DNA of 32,000 nt from positions 2,370,001-2,402,000 of the forward strand of contig NC_020304.1 of NCBI RefSeq assembly GCF_000341395.1, written 5' to 3'. Shown one piece after another: positions 9,489 to 18,054 of this stretch; positions within the stretch are counted from its first letter, which is position 1; each line of letters starts with the position of its first letter. The position numbers were made by a program, and so were the translations under genes. The notes beneath the pieces were generated by a model. The model had not been told where the DNA came from. It saw only the letters and a list, made by a program, of their open reading frames with translations, and made no database searches. Source of the stretch: Desulfocapsa sulfexigens DSM 10523. Its GTDB lineage: Bacteria; Desulfobacterota; Desulfobulbia; Desulfobulbales; Desulfocapsaceae.

Positions 9489-11690
9489 TCATTCATTGCT
9501 ATTATAGAGTGCTGCGAAATCATCCATCCTTGCCTGCAGTGTTGCGGGAAGTTTGAGCTGGTACTTCTGAAGATATTCTGCCGCCATTCGATGGGTGTTG
9601 AAGATAGGAATGTTGAGCGAGAGATTCATGATTGCCTTATCAATCAGTCGGGAATGAGAGCTGTCACCATAGAATTCCTCAAGAACACCGGGGAGCATCT
9701 CGTAGAATGATGCTGAATCCTCTGCATAGAGGAGAGCTTCGGGGGATTCACTGAGATCGGCTTCATCCACCGGACCCTCGTGACCGAATTTCCATCCGGT
9801 GAGACCGTCGTGGTAGCCTTCAACCCACCAACCATCCATAATAGACAGATTGGGTACGCCGTTCAGGGCAGCTTTCATACCACTGGTTCCGGAGGCCTCG
9901 AGTGGTCGCTTTGGGTTGTTGAGCCAGGCGTGAACGCCAGCTACCATAACCTTGGCTATCTGCATGTCATAGTTGGGGATGAAAATAAGATTCACCAGCC
10001 CCTTACTCTTAACGTGGAGTTCTTTCTGATAATCAAGAATGAGTTTTATGACGGATTTCCCAGGTTCATCTGCTGGGTGGGCCTTTCCGGAAAAAAGAAA
10101 GTTTATGGGCCAGTTATTTTTGAGTGCGATAGAACAAAGGGTGTCAATATTGTCAAAGATCAGATCCGCACGTTTATAGGTGGAAAAGCGTCTGGCGAAG
10201 CCTATTGTAAAAACATCAGGTGTGAGTCTCGTGGTATCATCGATAATGTTTGAATAGTGGTTAGGTGGATCTATCCAGGTGCTTGTCATCTCATTTCGAT
10301 GAAGGAGGAGCATGGAGTTGATGTATTGGTAGAGGATTTCAGAATCCTTTTCCCAGGCTCGAAGGAGGTATGTTCTGAACTGTTTGTTATGTTGAAGTTT
10401 TTTTGCATTCTGCAGTACTCCTGGATTGTCTCTCCAGCCTGCAAGTTCCGGGAAGCTGTCAAAAAGTTCAGCCCGAGCATCACTGATCCATGTCAGGTGA
10501 TGAACACCATTGGTGATCGCTGTGATTTTCTGGGCGAAACGTGGAAACTGTTTATGGGTTACGTCCCTGTGCAGCCTGCTGACACTGTTTGCTGTACGGT
10601 TAACACGCATGGCCAGGGTGGTGAAGTTGTAGGAATGTGGTGATTCGTCGTCGTGGGCCAACAGTTCCAGGATGTGCCTGCATGATTTATGGCTGATTCC
10701 GGCATAAACCGATTTGTTAAAACGATCATGTCCGGCCTTTACAGGGGTATGAATTGTGTAGACCAGTCTTTTGGCAACTTTATCCGCTGCTGCAAAAATC
10801 TGCTCCTCGGAGGCTTCGCAGAGGTTACTGTGTTTTAACATTCCCTGAAGTTCTTCAGCAATAAGTTGCAGAGCAACAACAACACCGTGCTGCTCATTGA
10901 GGTGAAGAGTGCTCGAGGTGATCCCGATCGCTTCCATAACAGGAAGAATGCCGGTTCCAAGCATTCGTCGTTGGGTCGCTTTAATGATGGAAGAATCAGA
11001 GTTGTATAGCTGGCCGGCAGCATCACGAATGGGTATTGGGTTGTCTGCGAGTGAAAAATCGAGCAACAGCTCAGGAATAAAATAATCCAGGCTGTGGTTA
11101 ACTTCCATCTTCATCCATACCTGCGCTTCTGCCATGGTTTCCTGATCATATTCATTGAAAAAGGGGATCTCGATCTGGAGGGGCTTTTCGGGATTGTCAG
11201 GGTCGTGGAGAAGGTAGAGGCCAGGAGTGTCTTCAGGCCGCCATTCTACAGTCTGGGATATCTGACCAAGCTTTGAGTCTACAATCTGGGAAAAATAGCC
11301 ATGACGATAGAGTAGACTTACAGCGACTACAGGAACCCGGCAATCGGCAAAACTTTTCAGGGTGTCACCTGCAAGTACCCCAAGTCCTCCACCGTAGCAG
11401 GGGATTTTTTCGGGGCCATGAAAGAGTTTTTTGATAAACTGTTTCGTATTTGAGTCCATGCTGTCTGTTTTCTCGAGATCCATGAGGGTGTCTTTGATGG
11501 GGTGGAACACATCGGGGTCTGCCCCGATTTCCATGGAAATATAAACAACGGAATTTGAGTCGGCAGCAGTGAGTTTGCTCCAGACCTTATCAAAGATTTC
11601 CTGGGATACGCCGAAGAATGTGCCAAACTTGTTTTTTGCCACAAGTTTATGGAGTTCTAAATTATCAGCTGAGTGGTTACCTGCTTGCAT
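9489..11690 (-). CDS. glgP: Alpha-glucan (glycogen/starch) phosphorylase, GT35
   Basis: 733 aa: 'VSMEIGADPDVFHPIKD', 'PCYGGGLGVLAGDTLKSFADCRVPVVAVSLLYRHGYFSQ', 'NGVHHLTWIS', and the PLP-binding/active region 'WLNNPKRPLEASGTSGMKAALNGVPNLSIMDGWW'. Confidence 0.95.
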   Translation of the reverse strand: MQAGNHSADNLELHKLVAKNKFGTFFGVSQEIFDKVWSKLTAADSNSVVYISMEIGADPDVFHPIKDTLMDLEKTDSMDSNTKQFIKKLFHGPEKIPCYGGGLGVLAGDTLKSFADCRVPVVAVSLLYRHGYFSQIVDSKLGQISQTVEWRPEDTPGLYLLHDPDNPEKPLQIEIPFFNEYDQETMAEAQVWMKMEVNHSLDYFIPELLLDFSLADNPIPIRDAAGQLYNSDSSIIKATQRRMLGTGILPVMEAIGITSSTLHLNEQHGVVVALQLIAEELQGMLKHSNLCEASEEQIFAAADKVAKRLVYTIHTPVKAGHDRFNKSVYAGISHKSCRHILELLAHDDESPHSYNFTTLAMRVNRTANSVSRLHRDVTHKQFPRFAQKITAITNGVHHLTWISDARAELFDSFPELAGWRDNPGVLQNAKKLQHNKQFRTYLLRAWEKDSEILYQYINSMLLLHRNEMTSTWIDPPNHYSNIIDDTTRLTPDVFTIGFARRFSTYKRADLIFDNIDTLCSIALKNNWPINFLFSGKAHPADEPGKSVIKLILDYQKELHVKSKGLVNLIFIPNYDMQIAKVMVAGVHAWLNNPKRPLEASGTSGMKAALNGVPNLSIMDGWWVEGYHDGLTGWKFGHEGPVDEADLSESPEALLYAEDSASFYEMLPGVLEEFYGDSSHSRLIDKAIMNLSLNIPIFNTHRMAAEYLQKYQLKLPATLQARMDDFAALYNSNE

Positions 11691-11729
11691 AATATTCTAT
11701 GTTCTCTTGTTCTTAATAAATGATTATTG

Positions 11730-11748
11730 ATTACCTGTTCCAGGTAAT
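11730..11748. promoter_or_regulatory. Perfect inverted repeat in the glgP/pal divergent intergenic region
   Basis: ATTACCTG ttc CAGGTAAT: 8-bp arms with a 3-nt centre, about 40 nt upstream of the glgP start. Confidence 0.4.
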
Positions 11749-12012
11749 TGGAGCGTGTACACCGTTACAGTAATTATTTTGCAATGAGTCGCATTAACAT
11801 TAGCACACTAGAGAGCTGTGCTCTATTTTACAAGTGCAAAACATGTCAGAATAAAAAATTTTACCCAAATAGCATCTTATCATGAAGTAATGGAAAACGT
11901 CTGGTGTTTTTTAGCAAATAAAAGTAGAATTAGAAACCTGATTTCAGGTGTAAAAAGTAGTATGAGAACAATGTTTGTTGAAGGTGTGACATTTTGTCCA
12001 CAGGAGGAAAGC

Positions 12013-12528
12013 ATGACTAGGGGTCGTAAAATTAGTAGTGGAATATTTCTACTGAGTGTTATCTTTGTATTATCGGCCTGCAGCAGTAAAAAGCCTGAAG
12101 ATACAGCAGAACTTTCCAGGCAGGATTCTACAGCGATTGGTCAGGAAGAGTCTTTGGATTCCCGATCCATTGGTATAATGGAGGGGCGTACAACGGGGCC
12201 CATGTTGCCCGTTTATTTTGGCTATGACAGATCTTCGATTCGGCCTGATCAGGTTCCGAGGATGAAGGTCAACTCTGACTTCCTGAAGGATAATGAAGGT
12301 ATCAGAATCCGCATTGAAGGAAACTGTGATCCTCGTGGAACCAGGGAGTATAATCTGGCCCTTGGGGAAAAGCGTGCCCTGGTGGCAAAAAAATATCTTG
12401 TAAATGTTGGTATTGCAGCAGACCGGATTTCCACCGTGAGTTTGGGTGAGGAAAAAATCCTTCTCCATGGTCACGATGAGTTGTCGTGGGCGCAAAATCG
12501 TCGTGATGATTTTATTGTTGAGAAATAA
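12013..12528 (+). CDS. pal: Peptidoglycan-associated lipoprotein (OmpA family)
   Basis: Lipobox 'IFVLSACSS', OmpA-like domain 'VYFGYDRSSIRPDQ...IRIEGNCDPRGTREYNLALGEKRALVAKKYLVNVGIAADRISTVSLGEE'. ATG at 12013 preceded by AGGAGG; the track ORF extends too far upstream. Confidence 0.9.
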   Translation: MTRGRKISSGIFLLSVIFVLSACSSKKPEDTAELSRQDSTAIGQEESLDSRSIGIMEGRTTGPMLPVYFGYDRSSIRPDQVPRMKVNSDFLKDNEGIRIRIEGNCDPRGTREYNLALGEKRALVAKKYLVNVGIAADRISTVSLGEEKILLHGHDELSWAQNRRDDFIVEK

Positions 12529-12578
12529 CCTGGTTTAAAATTTTGATTAATTCCTAAAAAAAAACAGGAGAAAATTTG

Positions 12579-13109
12579 ATGTTGAAACACTTATTATTGG
12601 CAGTATCCTTGGTTGCAGTTACAGCTTTCACCTTTGGCAGTGGTGTTGCTCAAAGTGCTGAGACTCAGAAAATAGGCGTAATGAATATCCAGAAAGTTCT
12701 TCTTGAGTCCACTGCTGGAAAAACTGCAAAGGGTGTTTTTGAGAAGCGGATGAACGAACTTCAGGAAAAATTCAAAGTAGAGCAGGATGCATTGATCGCA
12801 CTGCAGCAGGAGATTGAAAAGAAGAGTTCCGCCTGGAGTAAAGATAAGAAAGGTGAAAAAATTCGCGAATTACAGATGGGACAGCGTGAACTCCAGGTAA
12901 AGAGCGAAGACGCAAAGATGGAACTGAAACAATTACAGGATAAGGAACTCGAGCCTATCCTGAACATGTTGCAGACTGTGGTGAATGCTTATGGAGAAAA
13001 GAACGGGTTTTCCGTTATTCTTGATTCCAAGGTTGCCGTTCTGTACGCTGCTCCCGGTGTTGACGTGAGCGATGAGGTCAAAGAAGAACTCAATAAACGT
13101 ATGAAATAA
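12579..13109 (+). CDS. skp: Periplasmic chaperone Skp/OmpH family
   Basis: Signal peptide, then 'KIGVMNIQKVLLESTAGKTAKGVFEKRMNELQEKFKVEQDALIALQQEIEKK...SVILDSKVAVLYAAPGVDVSDEV'. AGGAG upstream of ATG 12579. Confidence 0.87.
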   Translation: MLKHLLLAVSLVAVTAFTFGSGVAQSAETQKIGVMNIQKVLLESTAGKTAKGVFEKRMNELQEKFKVEQDALIALQQEIEKKSSAWSKDKKGEKIRELQMGQRELQVKSEDAKMELKQLQDKELEPILNMLQTVVNAYGEKNGFSVILDSKVAVLYAAPGVDVSDEVKEELNKRMK

Positions 13110-13140
13110 GAGCTTTCCATTCTTTGAATAATGCTGTTAC

Positions 13141-13179
13141 AAACGATGCAGGGGATAGATCCTCTGCATCGTTTTTCTT
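13141..13179 (+). terminator. Rho-independent terminator downstream of skp
   Basis: AAACGATGCAGgGGatagatCCtCTGCATCGTTTTTCTTT: long stem followed by a T-run. Confidence 0.88.
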
Positions 13180-13194
13180 TGTCCAAATTAAAAA

Positions 13195-14013
13195 ATGCAA
13201 CCATTAGAATTTATAAAATTTACTCCTCGTACAAACTGTGGTGAGTGTGGCTATGCGGCATGTCTTGCCTTTGCAGCTGCAGTGACCAAGGGTGGTGAAA
13301 GACCGGAAAAGTGTCCCTATGTTGATGTTTCACAACTCGGTGACGAATTCTCCGGTACGGACAGGGGGAAGGATGGACTTGAAGGTGTTGCCAAACTGCT
13401 TGATGAGAAGGATCTGGCTCTGGTCGCCTATCTGAAAAAAAAGACAGCCAATATTGATTTTAGCCAGGCTGCCGAGGCTATAGGCTGTGAATGGTCCGGG
13501 CCTGAAAGAGACAGTCTGCTCCTAAAATTCTTTGGACAGGATGTTGAGATATCCCATGATGGCATTCGTATAGACGGTAGAGAGGCGGAGGATCCGAGGG
13601 ATCAGATTTTGTTATATAACTATGTCCATTTTGGCGGTGGTGCGGAACCGGAACAGGATTGGATAGGTATGGAGTCGCTTCCCAATTCCATTTCCAAGGT
13701 TCGTACCCTCAGGGTATACTGCGAAGAACGTATCGCCAGTCATTTTACTGGCAAGGCTGACCTGCTTATAGCTTCGGCAGATGGTCTTGGTGCAGTACGT
13801 CAGGAGAACCCGGAACAGAGTTGCAGTGCCGCATTTTTTGTTCCAGCCCTTCCAAGGCTGCCGCTGTTTGTCCTTTTTTGGGATGAGGAAAAGGAGGATG
13901 GTTTTCCTGCTAAGGTGAAAGTCCTCTTTGATCGCAGGGTAAATGATTTTTTAGATATTGAGTCGTTGGTTTTTGTGTGTGAGCGAATGGCCGAGCGTTG
14001 GGTGAAACTATAA
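13195..14013 (+). CDS. DUF3786 domain protein with N-terminal 4Fe-4S cluster motif
   Basis: 272 aa: 'RTNCGECGYAACLAFAAAVTKGGERPEKCPYV' (CxxCxxxxC...C, CoFeS/(Fe-S)-type domain) followed by 'LLKFFGQDVEISHDGI...ILLYNYVHFGG'. Confidence 0.75.
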   Translation: MQPLEFIKFTPRTNCGECGYAACLAFAAAVTKGGERPEKCPYVDVSQLGDEFSGTDRGKDGLEGVAKLLDEKDLALVAYLKKKTANIDFSQAAEAIGCEWSGPERDSLLLKFFGQDVEISHDGIRIDGREAEDPRDQILLYNYVHFGGGAEPEQDWIGMESLPNSISKVRTLRVYCEERIASHFTGKADLLIASADGLGAVRQENPEQSCSAAFFVPALPRLPLFVLFWDEEKEDGFPAKVKVLFDRRVNDFLDIESLVFVCERMAERWVKL

Positions 14014-14014
14014 G

Positions 14015-15034
14015 ATGAAATCAGAACTTTCAAAGCTGGTCCAATTGATCAGTGGCAAGAAAATACTTGTGGTCGGTGATATTATCGTTGATCATTTTAT
14101 CTGGGGTACGGTGAGTCGAATTTCACCGGAGGCACCTGTGCCCGTGGTCAATGTTACCAGGGAGGAATTCCTCCTCGGAGGCGGCGCAAATGTTCTTCAT
14201 AACATATACTCGTTGGGGGGAACGGCTGTTCTCTGCGGTATAATAGGTGATGATGAAATGGGAGAGCGTCTTCAGGATCTCCTGCACGGACTGGGTGCCT
14301 CAACTGCTGGCCTTGTAAAGGGAAGACGTCCCACCACTGTGAAAACACGAGTTGTGGCTCAGGGACAACAGGTTGTCCGTTTTGACCGTGAACAAACCGG
14401 GGCCCTCTCAGACTCTGCCGTCGCTTCAATGACTGCTTTTCTGGACAAAAATTTGTCCGATTTTGATGCTGTTATTGTTTCTGATTACTATAAGGGTGTA
14501 ATCGGAAAGCCCTTGATGAAAACCCTTCTCGCCCGGGTGGCCAGAGTTGGGGAAGAGAGTGGAAAAAAAATCCCGGTGGTGGTTGACCCTAAGCCAAGTG
14601 AGCCGGAACGTTTTTTTGGTGCATCCCTTATCACTCCAAACCATATGGAAGCTGAGAAGATGGCCGGAATGACCATTGAAAGTGTCGAGGATCTGCGCAT
14701 TGCTGCGGGGATACTGCTTGAAAAAACAGGATGTGAAGCTGTGCTGATTACCCGTGGAGAGGCTGGTATGGCACTCCTTGAAAAGGGGAAGAAACTGGTT
14801 TCCATCCCGACCACTGCCCAGGCTGTGTTTGATGTGACGGGTGCCGGAGATACCGTGATTGCTGCCCTTGCTCTCGGGCTTGCGGCAAAGGCGAGCTATA
14901 CAGATGCCGCGTCCCTGGCGAATATTGCAGCCGGTGTTGTGGTCGGAAAAATTGGAACAGCCACCGTGGATCAGAATGAACTGCTTGCAGTACTCCACGG
15001 CGAAGAAGTTGCAACTACATTCAGCAGCTGCTGA
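14015..15034 (+). CDS. rfaE1: D-glycero-beta-D-manno-heptose-7-phosphate kinase (HldE kinase domain / RfaE1)
   Basis: 339 aa PfkB-family kinase: 'VVGDIIVDHFIWGTVSRISPEAPVPVVNVTREEFLLGGGANVLHNIYSLGG', 'DVTGAGDTVIAALALGLA'. Confidence 0.92.
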   Translation: MKSELSKLVQLISGKKILVVGDIIVDHFIWGTVSRISPEAPVPVVNVTREEFLLGGGANVLHNIYSLGGTAVLCGIIGDDEMGERLQDLLHGLGASTAGLVKGRRPTTVKTRVVAQGQQVVRFDREQTGALSDSAVASMTAFLDKNLSDFDAVIVSDYYKGVIGKPLMKTLLARVARVGEESGKKIPVVVDPKPSEPERFFGASLITPNHMEAEKMAGMTIESVEDLRIAAGILLEKTGCEAVLITRGEAGMALLEKGKKLVSIPTTAQAVFDVTGAGDTVIAALALGLAAKASYTDAASLANIAAGVVVGKIGTATVDQNELLAVLHGEEVATTFSSC

Positions 15035-15046
15035 TAAAGGAAAAAA

Positions 15047-15928
15047 ATGTCCAGTAAGAGTATGACCGGATTCGGTCGTGGTGAAGCAGAGGCCGGAGGG
15101 CGGCAGTGGGTTGCAGAGATTCGTTGCGTCAATCATCGCCACCTTGATCTGAAAATTAAATTGCCAAGGGGCTATGCAGATCTTGAAGAGCGGGCGCGGA
15201 AAATGGTGGCCGAAACTCTGCAGCGAGGTCGGGTGGATGTTCTGCTCAGTGTCAGCGGCGATTTTTCCGATCTTCACAAAATTGAAGTAAACAGCAGCCT
15301 TGCTGCAACCTATAATAAGGCACTGGCAGCTCTTGCCAATTCGCTTGATCTGGCAAATGACACAACCCTCTCCGGGCTAGCCTCCTACCCCGATGTTCTG
15401 GTGTTGACACGGAAGGAAGAAGACCTGGAGGCTGTCTGGCCCGTTATGGGAGCTGCTTTGCAGGAGGCCGTTGATGCCTGTGACACCATGCGAAGCCAGG
15501 AAGGTGAAGCAATGGCCAGGGATCTCCATGAACGCCTGGAAAATTTTGCTGCCGATGTCCAGAAAATCGGCAACAGTATTCCAGAACTTTTAGAGCGTAG
15601 AGAGCAGAGTCTTAATGAACGTCTGCAGAAATTGCTCGACAGAGTGCAGCTTGATCCCCAGCGTTTAGCCCAGGAAGTAGCCATCCTTGCCGATAAGACC
15701 GATGTGACCGAAGAGATTGTCCGTCTGGAAAGTCATATTAATCAGTTCAGATCCTTCCTTGATGCTGATGAGGCAACGGGGAGGAAGATCGATTTTCTAC
15801 TCCAGGAATTTCTCCGTGAGGTTAATACCATGGCCTCTAAAATTAATGATGCTGATATTGCTCATCTCACCGTCAGTCTCAAGGCAGAACTTGAGAAGAT
15901 GAGAGAGCAGGTGCAGAATCTCGAATAG
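15047..15928 (+). CDS. yicC: YicC family protein (endoribonuclease YicC-like)
   Basis: 293 aa: 'SMTGFGRGEAEAGGRQWVAEIRCVNHRHLDLKIKLPR' and C-terminal 'GRKIDFLLQEFLREVNTMASKINDADIAHLTVSLKAELEKMREQVQNLE'. Confidence 0.94.
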   Translation: MSSKSMTGFGRGEAEAGGRQWVAEIRCVNHRHLDLKIKLPRGYADLEERARKMVAETLQRGRVDVLLSVSGDFSDLHKIEVNSSLAATYNKALAALANSLDLANDTTLSGLASYPDVLVLTRKEEDLEAVWPVMGAALQEAVDACDTMRSQEGEAMARDLHERLENFAADVQKIGNSIPELLERREQSLNERLQKLLDRVQLDPQRLAQEVAILADKTDVTEEIVRLESHINQFRSFLDADEATGRKIDFLLQEFLREVNTMASKINDADIAHLTVSLKAELEKMREQVQNLE

Positions 15929-15939
15929 GAGGAGGCCCT

Positions 15940-16230
15940 ATGCAGCTTATTAATGTCGGATTCGGTAATACAGTTATGGTTGAACGTATTGTTGCTGTGA
16001 TCAATACCGGTTCATCTCCTGCAAGAAAACTTAAAGAACTCGCCAAAGAATCCGGGAAACTGGTTGATGTTACCGAGGGGCGGCGCACACGCTCAATGCT
16101 GGTGATGGATTCCAATCATGTTGTTCTCTCTTCTATTCAACCAGACACCATTAATCAGCGTTTAACTGCGCTTCAGCTAGGCCCCCATGTGGGTGAGGCG
16201 ATAAAAGGGGCAGGAGGGAAAGAACGATGA
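15940..16230 (+). CDS. remA: DUF370 / RemA-like regulator
   Basis: 96 aa 'LINVGFGNTVMVERIVAVINTGSSPARKLKELAKESGKLVDVTEGRRTRSMLVMDSNHVVLSSIQPDTI', located between yicC and gmk as is common. Confidence 0.88.
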   Translation: MQLINVGFGNTVMVERIVAVINTGSSPARKLKELAKESGKLVDVTEGRRTRSMLVMDSNHVVLSSIQPDTINQRLTALQLGPHVGEAIKGAGGKER

Positions 16231-16847
16231 CGAAATCTGGACAGCTTTTTATTCTTTCCGCCCCATCCGGTGCCGGAAAAACAACGCTATTAAAGAAGGT
16301 GATGCGAGATGTTGAGAGACTGGCATTTTCTGTCTCCCACACCACACGTTCACCTCGCCCAGGAGAAACAGATGGTGTGGATTATCATTTTGTTTCTGTT
16401 GATGAATTTGAGGCCATGCGTGAACAGAACCTCTTTCTTGAGTGGGCTGAAGTACACGGGAATTTTTATGGTACCAGCCGTCCGGCAGTGGCAAAACAGT
16501 TGGAGCAGGGGGTTGATGTTATCCTTGATATTGATGTTCAGGGGGCTGCGATCATTACAGGCGACAAAAGTGTGCATGCAGTTTCGGTGTTCGTGGCCCC
16601 TCCGTCACTCGCTGAGCTTGAGAGGCGTCTTCGCGGTCGTGGTACAGATAGCGAGGAGACTATAATGGTGCGCCTGGGAAACGCTGCGAAAGAGATGAGT
16701 TGTGCCGACGACTACGAGTATCTCGTGATCAACGATAACCTTGAAGTGGCAGCTACGACCTTAAGAGCAGTACTCATTGCTGAAAGGAGTCGGGGGCATC
16801 GGCTTCCTTCGGGTGAGCCAATTAATTTAGGAGCCCTTACGAAATAA
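16227..16847 (+). CDS. gmk: Guanylate kinase
   Basis: 206 aa: P-loop 'LSAPSGAGKTTLLKKV', 'FSVSHTTRSPRPGETDGVDYHFVSVDEF', 'VILDIDVQGA'. Overlaps the end of the RemA-like gene by 4 nt. Confidence 0.95.
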   Translation: MTKSGQLFILSAPSGAGKTTLLKKVMRDVERLAFSVSHTTRSPRPGETDGVDYHFVSVDEFEAMREQNLFLEWAEVHGNFYGTSRPAVAKQLEQGVDVILDIDVQGAAIITGDKSVHAVSVFVAPPSLAELERRLRGRGTDSEETIMVRLGNAAKEMSCADDYEYLVINDNLEVAATTLRAVLIAERSRGHRLPSGEPINLGALTK

Positions 16848-16848
16848 C

Positions 16849-16959
16849 ATGGCTACTTCTATCAATTTCGTTACGGTTCCTTATTTCCCTCAAGGGGGGA
16901 TTAAAAAGAGTGCCGCTCCGGGCGACAAGATGGCTATGGTATTTTTTACAGTGGCTTAG
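16849..16959 (+). CDS. Putative 36-aa small protein between gmk and rlmB (MATSINFVTVPYFPQGGIKKSAAPGDKMAMVFFTVA)
   Basis: ATG one nt after the gmk stop; stop 10 nt before the rlmB GTG. Not in the supplied track (below 60 aa). No family recognised; the nearest AGGAG is 15 nt upstream. Confidence 0.3.
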   Translation: MATSINFVTVPYFPQGGIKKSAAPGDKMAMVFFTVA

Positions 16960-16969
16960 GTGAGAATAA

Positions 16970-17782
16970 GTGAAAAATAATAGGAATTTTCAGAAGGGAA
17001 GTGAACGAAAAATTCGTTTGAGTGAGGATCTGCTCTGGGGAATTCACCCGGTTATCGAAGCCCTTGAACAGGAAATAGAGCGGGTGAGCGAGATCTTTAT
17101 TGTTAAGGATCGAAAAGGGGGAAAACGTGAAGAGATTATTGAGAAGGCGCGAGCTGCCGGTATTAAAATAAACTTTATGGATTCTCTACGTCTTGTGGGC
17201 GAGGATGCGGCGCAGGTTCGCCATCAGGGCGTTATCGCTAAAATGTCACAGACGGCCCTGATACCCTTTGAAGTTTTACTTGATAAGTTTCAGAATCTTG
17301 TGCAACAGGGTGCTAACCCGAGGATTATAGCACTCGACACCCTGCAGGATCCCCATAATATTGGTGCAATTATACGATCTGCCCATGCCTCTGGTGTTGA
17401 TGGAATAATTGCAACCCGTGAACGTTCTGCCCCCATCGGGGGAACTGCGGCAAAATCGGCTGCCGGTGCCATGTCCCATATCGATATCTGTCAGGTTACA
17501 AATCTTGCGCAGTCATTGCAGGCCTTAAAAGATGTCGGGGCCTGGATCTTCGGGGCAATAAAGGATACCGACGCTCAATCATTGTATCAGTCAGACCTTG
17601 TTCTTCCAGCCTGTGTCGTTATAGGAAGTGAAGGAACAGGTATTCGACCACTTGTTCGTAAACAGTGTGATGTTCTGCTTTCCATTCCCATGGAAGGGCA
17701 GTTGGATTCTCTAAACAGTTCAGTTGCTGCAGGTGTTATTATGTTTGAAATGCTGCGTCAACGTCAGGCCGTTTTGCTTTAG
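16970..17782 (+). CDS. rlmB: 23S rRNA (guanosine-2'-O-)-methyltransferase RlmB-like (SpoU/TrmH family)
   Basis: 270 aa: 'LLWGIHPVIEALEQ', 'ALDTLQDPHNIGAIIRSAHASGVDGIIATRERSAPI', 'VVIGSEGTGIRPLVRKQCDVLLSIPMEGQLDSLNSSVAAGVIMFEMLRQR'. GTG start. Confidence 0.92.
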   Translation: MKNNRNFQKGSERKIRLSEDLLWGIHPVIEALEQEIERVSEIFIVKDRKGGKREEIIEKARAAGIKINFMDSLRLVGEDAAQVRHQGVIAKMSQTALIPFEVLLDKFQNLVQQGANPRIIALDTLQDPHNIGAIIRSAHASGVDGIIATRERSAPIGGTAAKSAAGAMSHIDICQVTNLAQSLQALKDVGAWIFGAIKDTDAQSLYQSDLVLPACVVIGSEGTGIRPLVRKQCDVLLSIPMEGQLDSLNSSVAAGVIMFEMLRQRQAVLL

Positions 17783-17857
17783 TCAGGATTTCTGTAGTTT
17801 TAGAGATCTTGTAGTATTTCCCCGTGATTTCCTGATTTCGTCCCTGATTATCGATAT

Positions 17858-17891
17858 TCGACAATAATGTCGACAGAGCCGAAATTGTCGA
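17858..17891. promoter_or_regulatory. Cluster of TGTCGA half-sites forming nested inverted repeats; candidate enhancer/UAS
   Basis: TCGACAAT ... ATTGTCGA (8-bp arms at 17858-17865 and 17884-17891) with a nested TCGACA-ATAA-TGTCGA (17858-17873). Centre about 100 nt upstream of the sigma-54-like promoter. Confidence 0.5.
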
Positions 17892-17967
17892 GTCAGCTAG
17901 CAGAATCAAAAGAAAAATCAAGGTGTAACAGATTGTTTTTTGTGTGTTTATGTTGCTTCATCTAATA

Positions 17968-17983
17968 TGGCACATTTCTGGCA
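17968..17983 (+). promoter_or_regulatory. Sigma-54 (RpoN) -24/-12 promoter
   Basis: TGGCACATTTCTGGCA against consensus TGGCACgNNNNTTGCW. GG-N10-GC spacing is exact; only the variable G and one T differ. Confidence 0.72.
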
Positions 17984-18054
17984 GTGTGGGCTGGAAGTAC
18001 CATAAATACTCGTGTTTGGATCGGTAGCATACATTTTTTTAGGGGAGTTTTATT

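Noticed and set aside
11818-12012. N-terminal extension of the pal ORF in the track
   Set aside because: A lipoprotein signal with lipobox starts at ATG 12013 with AGGAGG immediately upstream; the extension has no signal-peptide logic.
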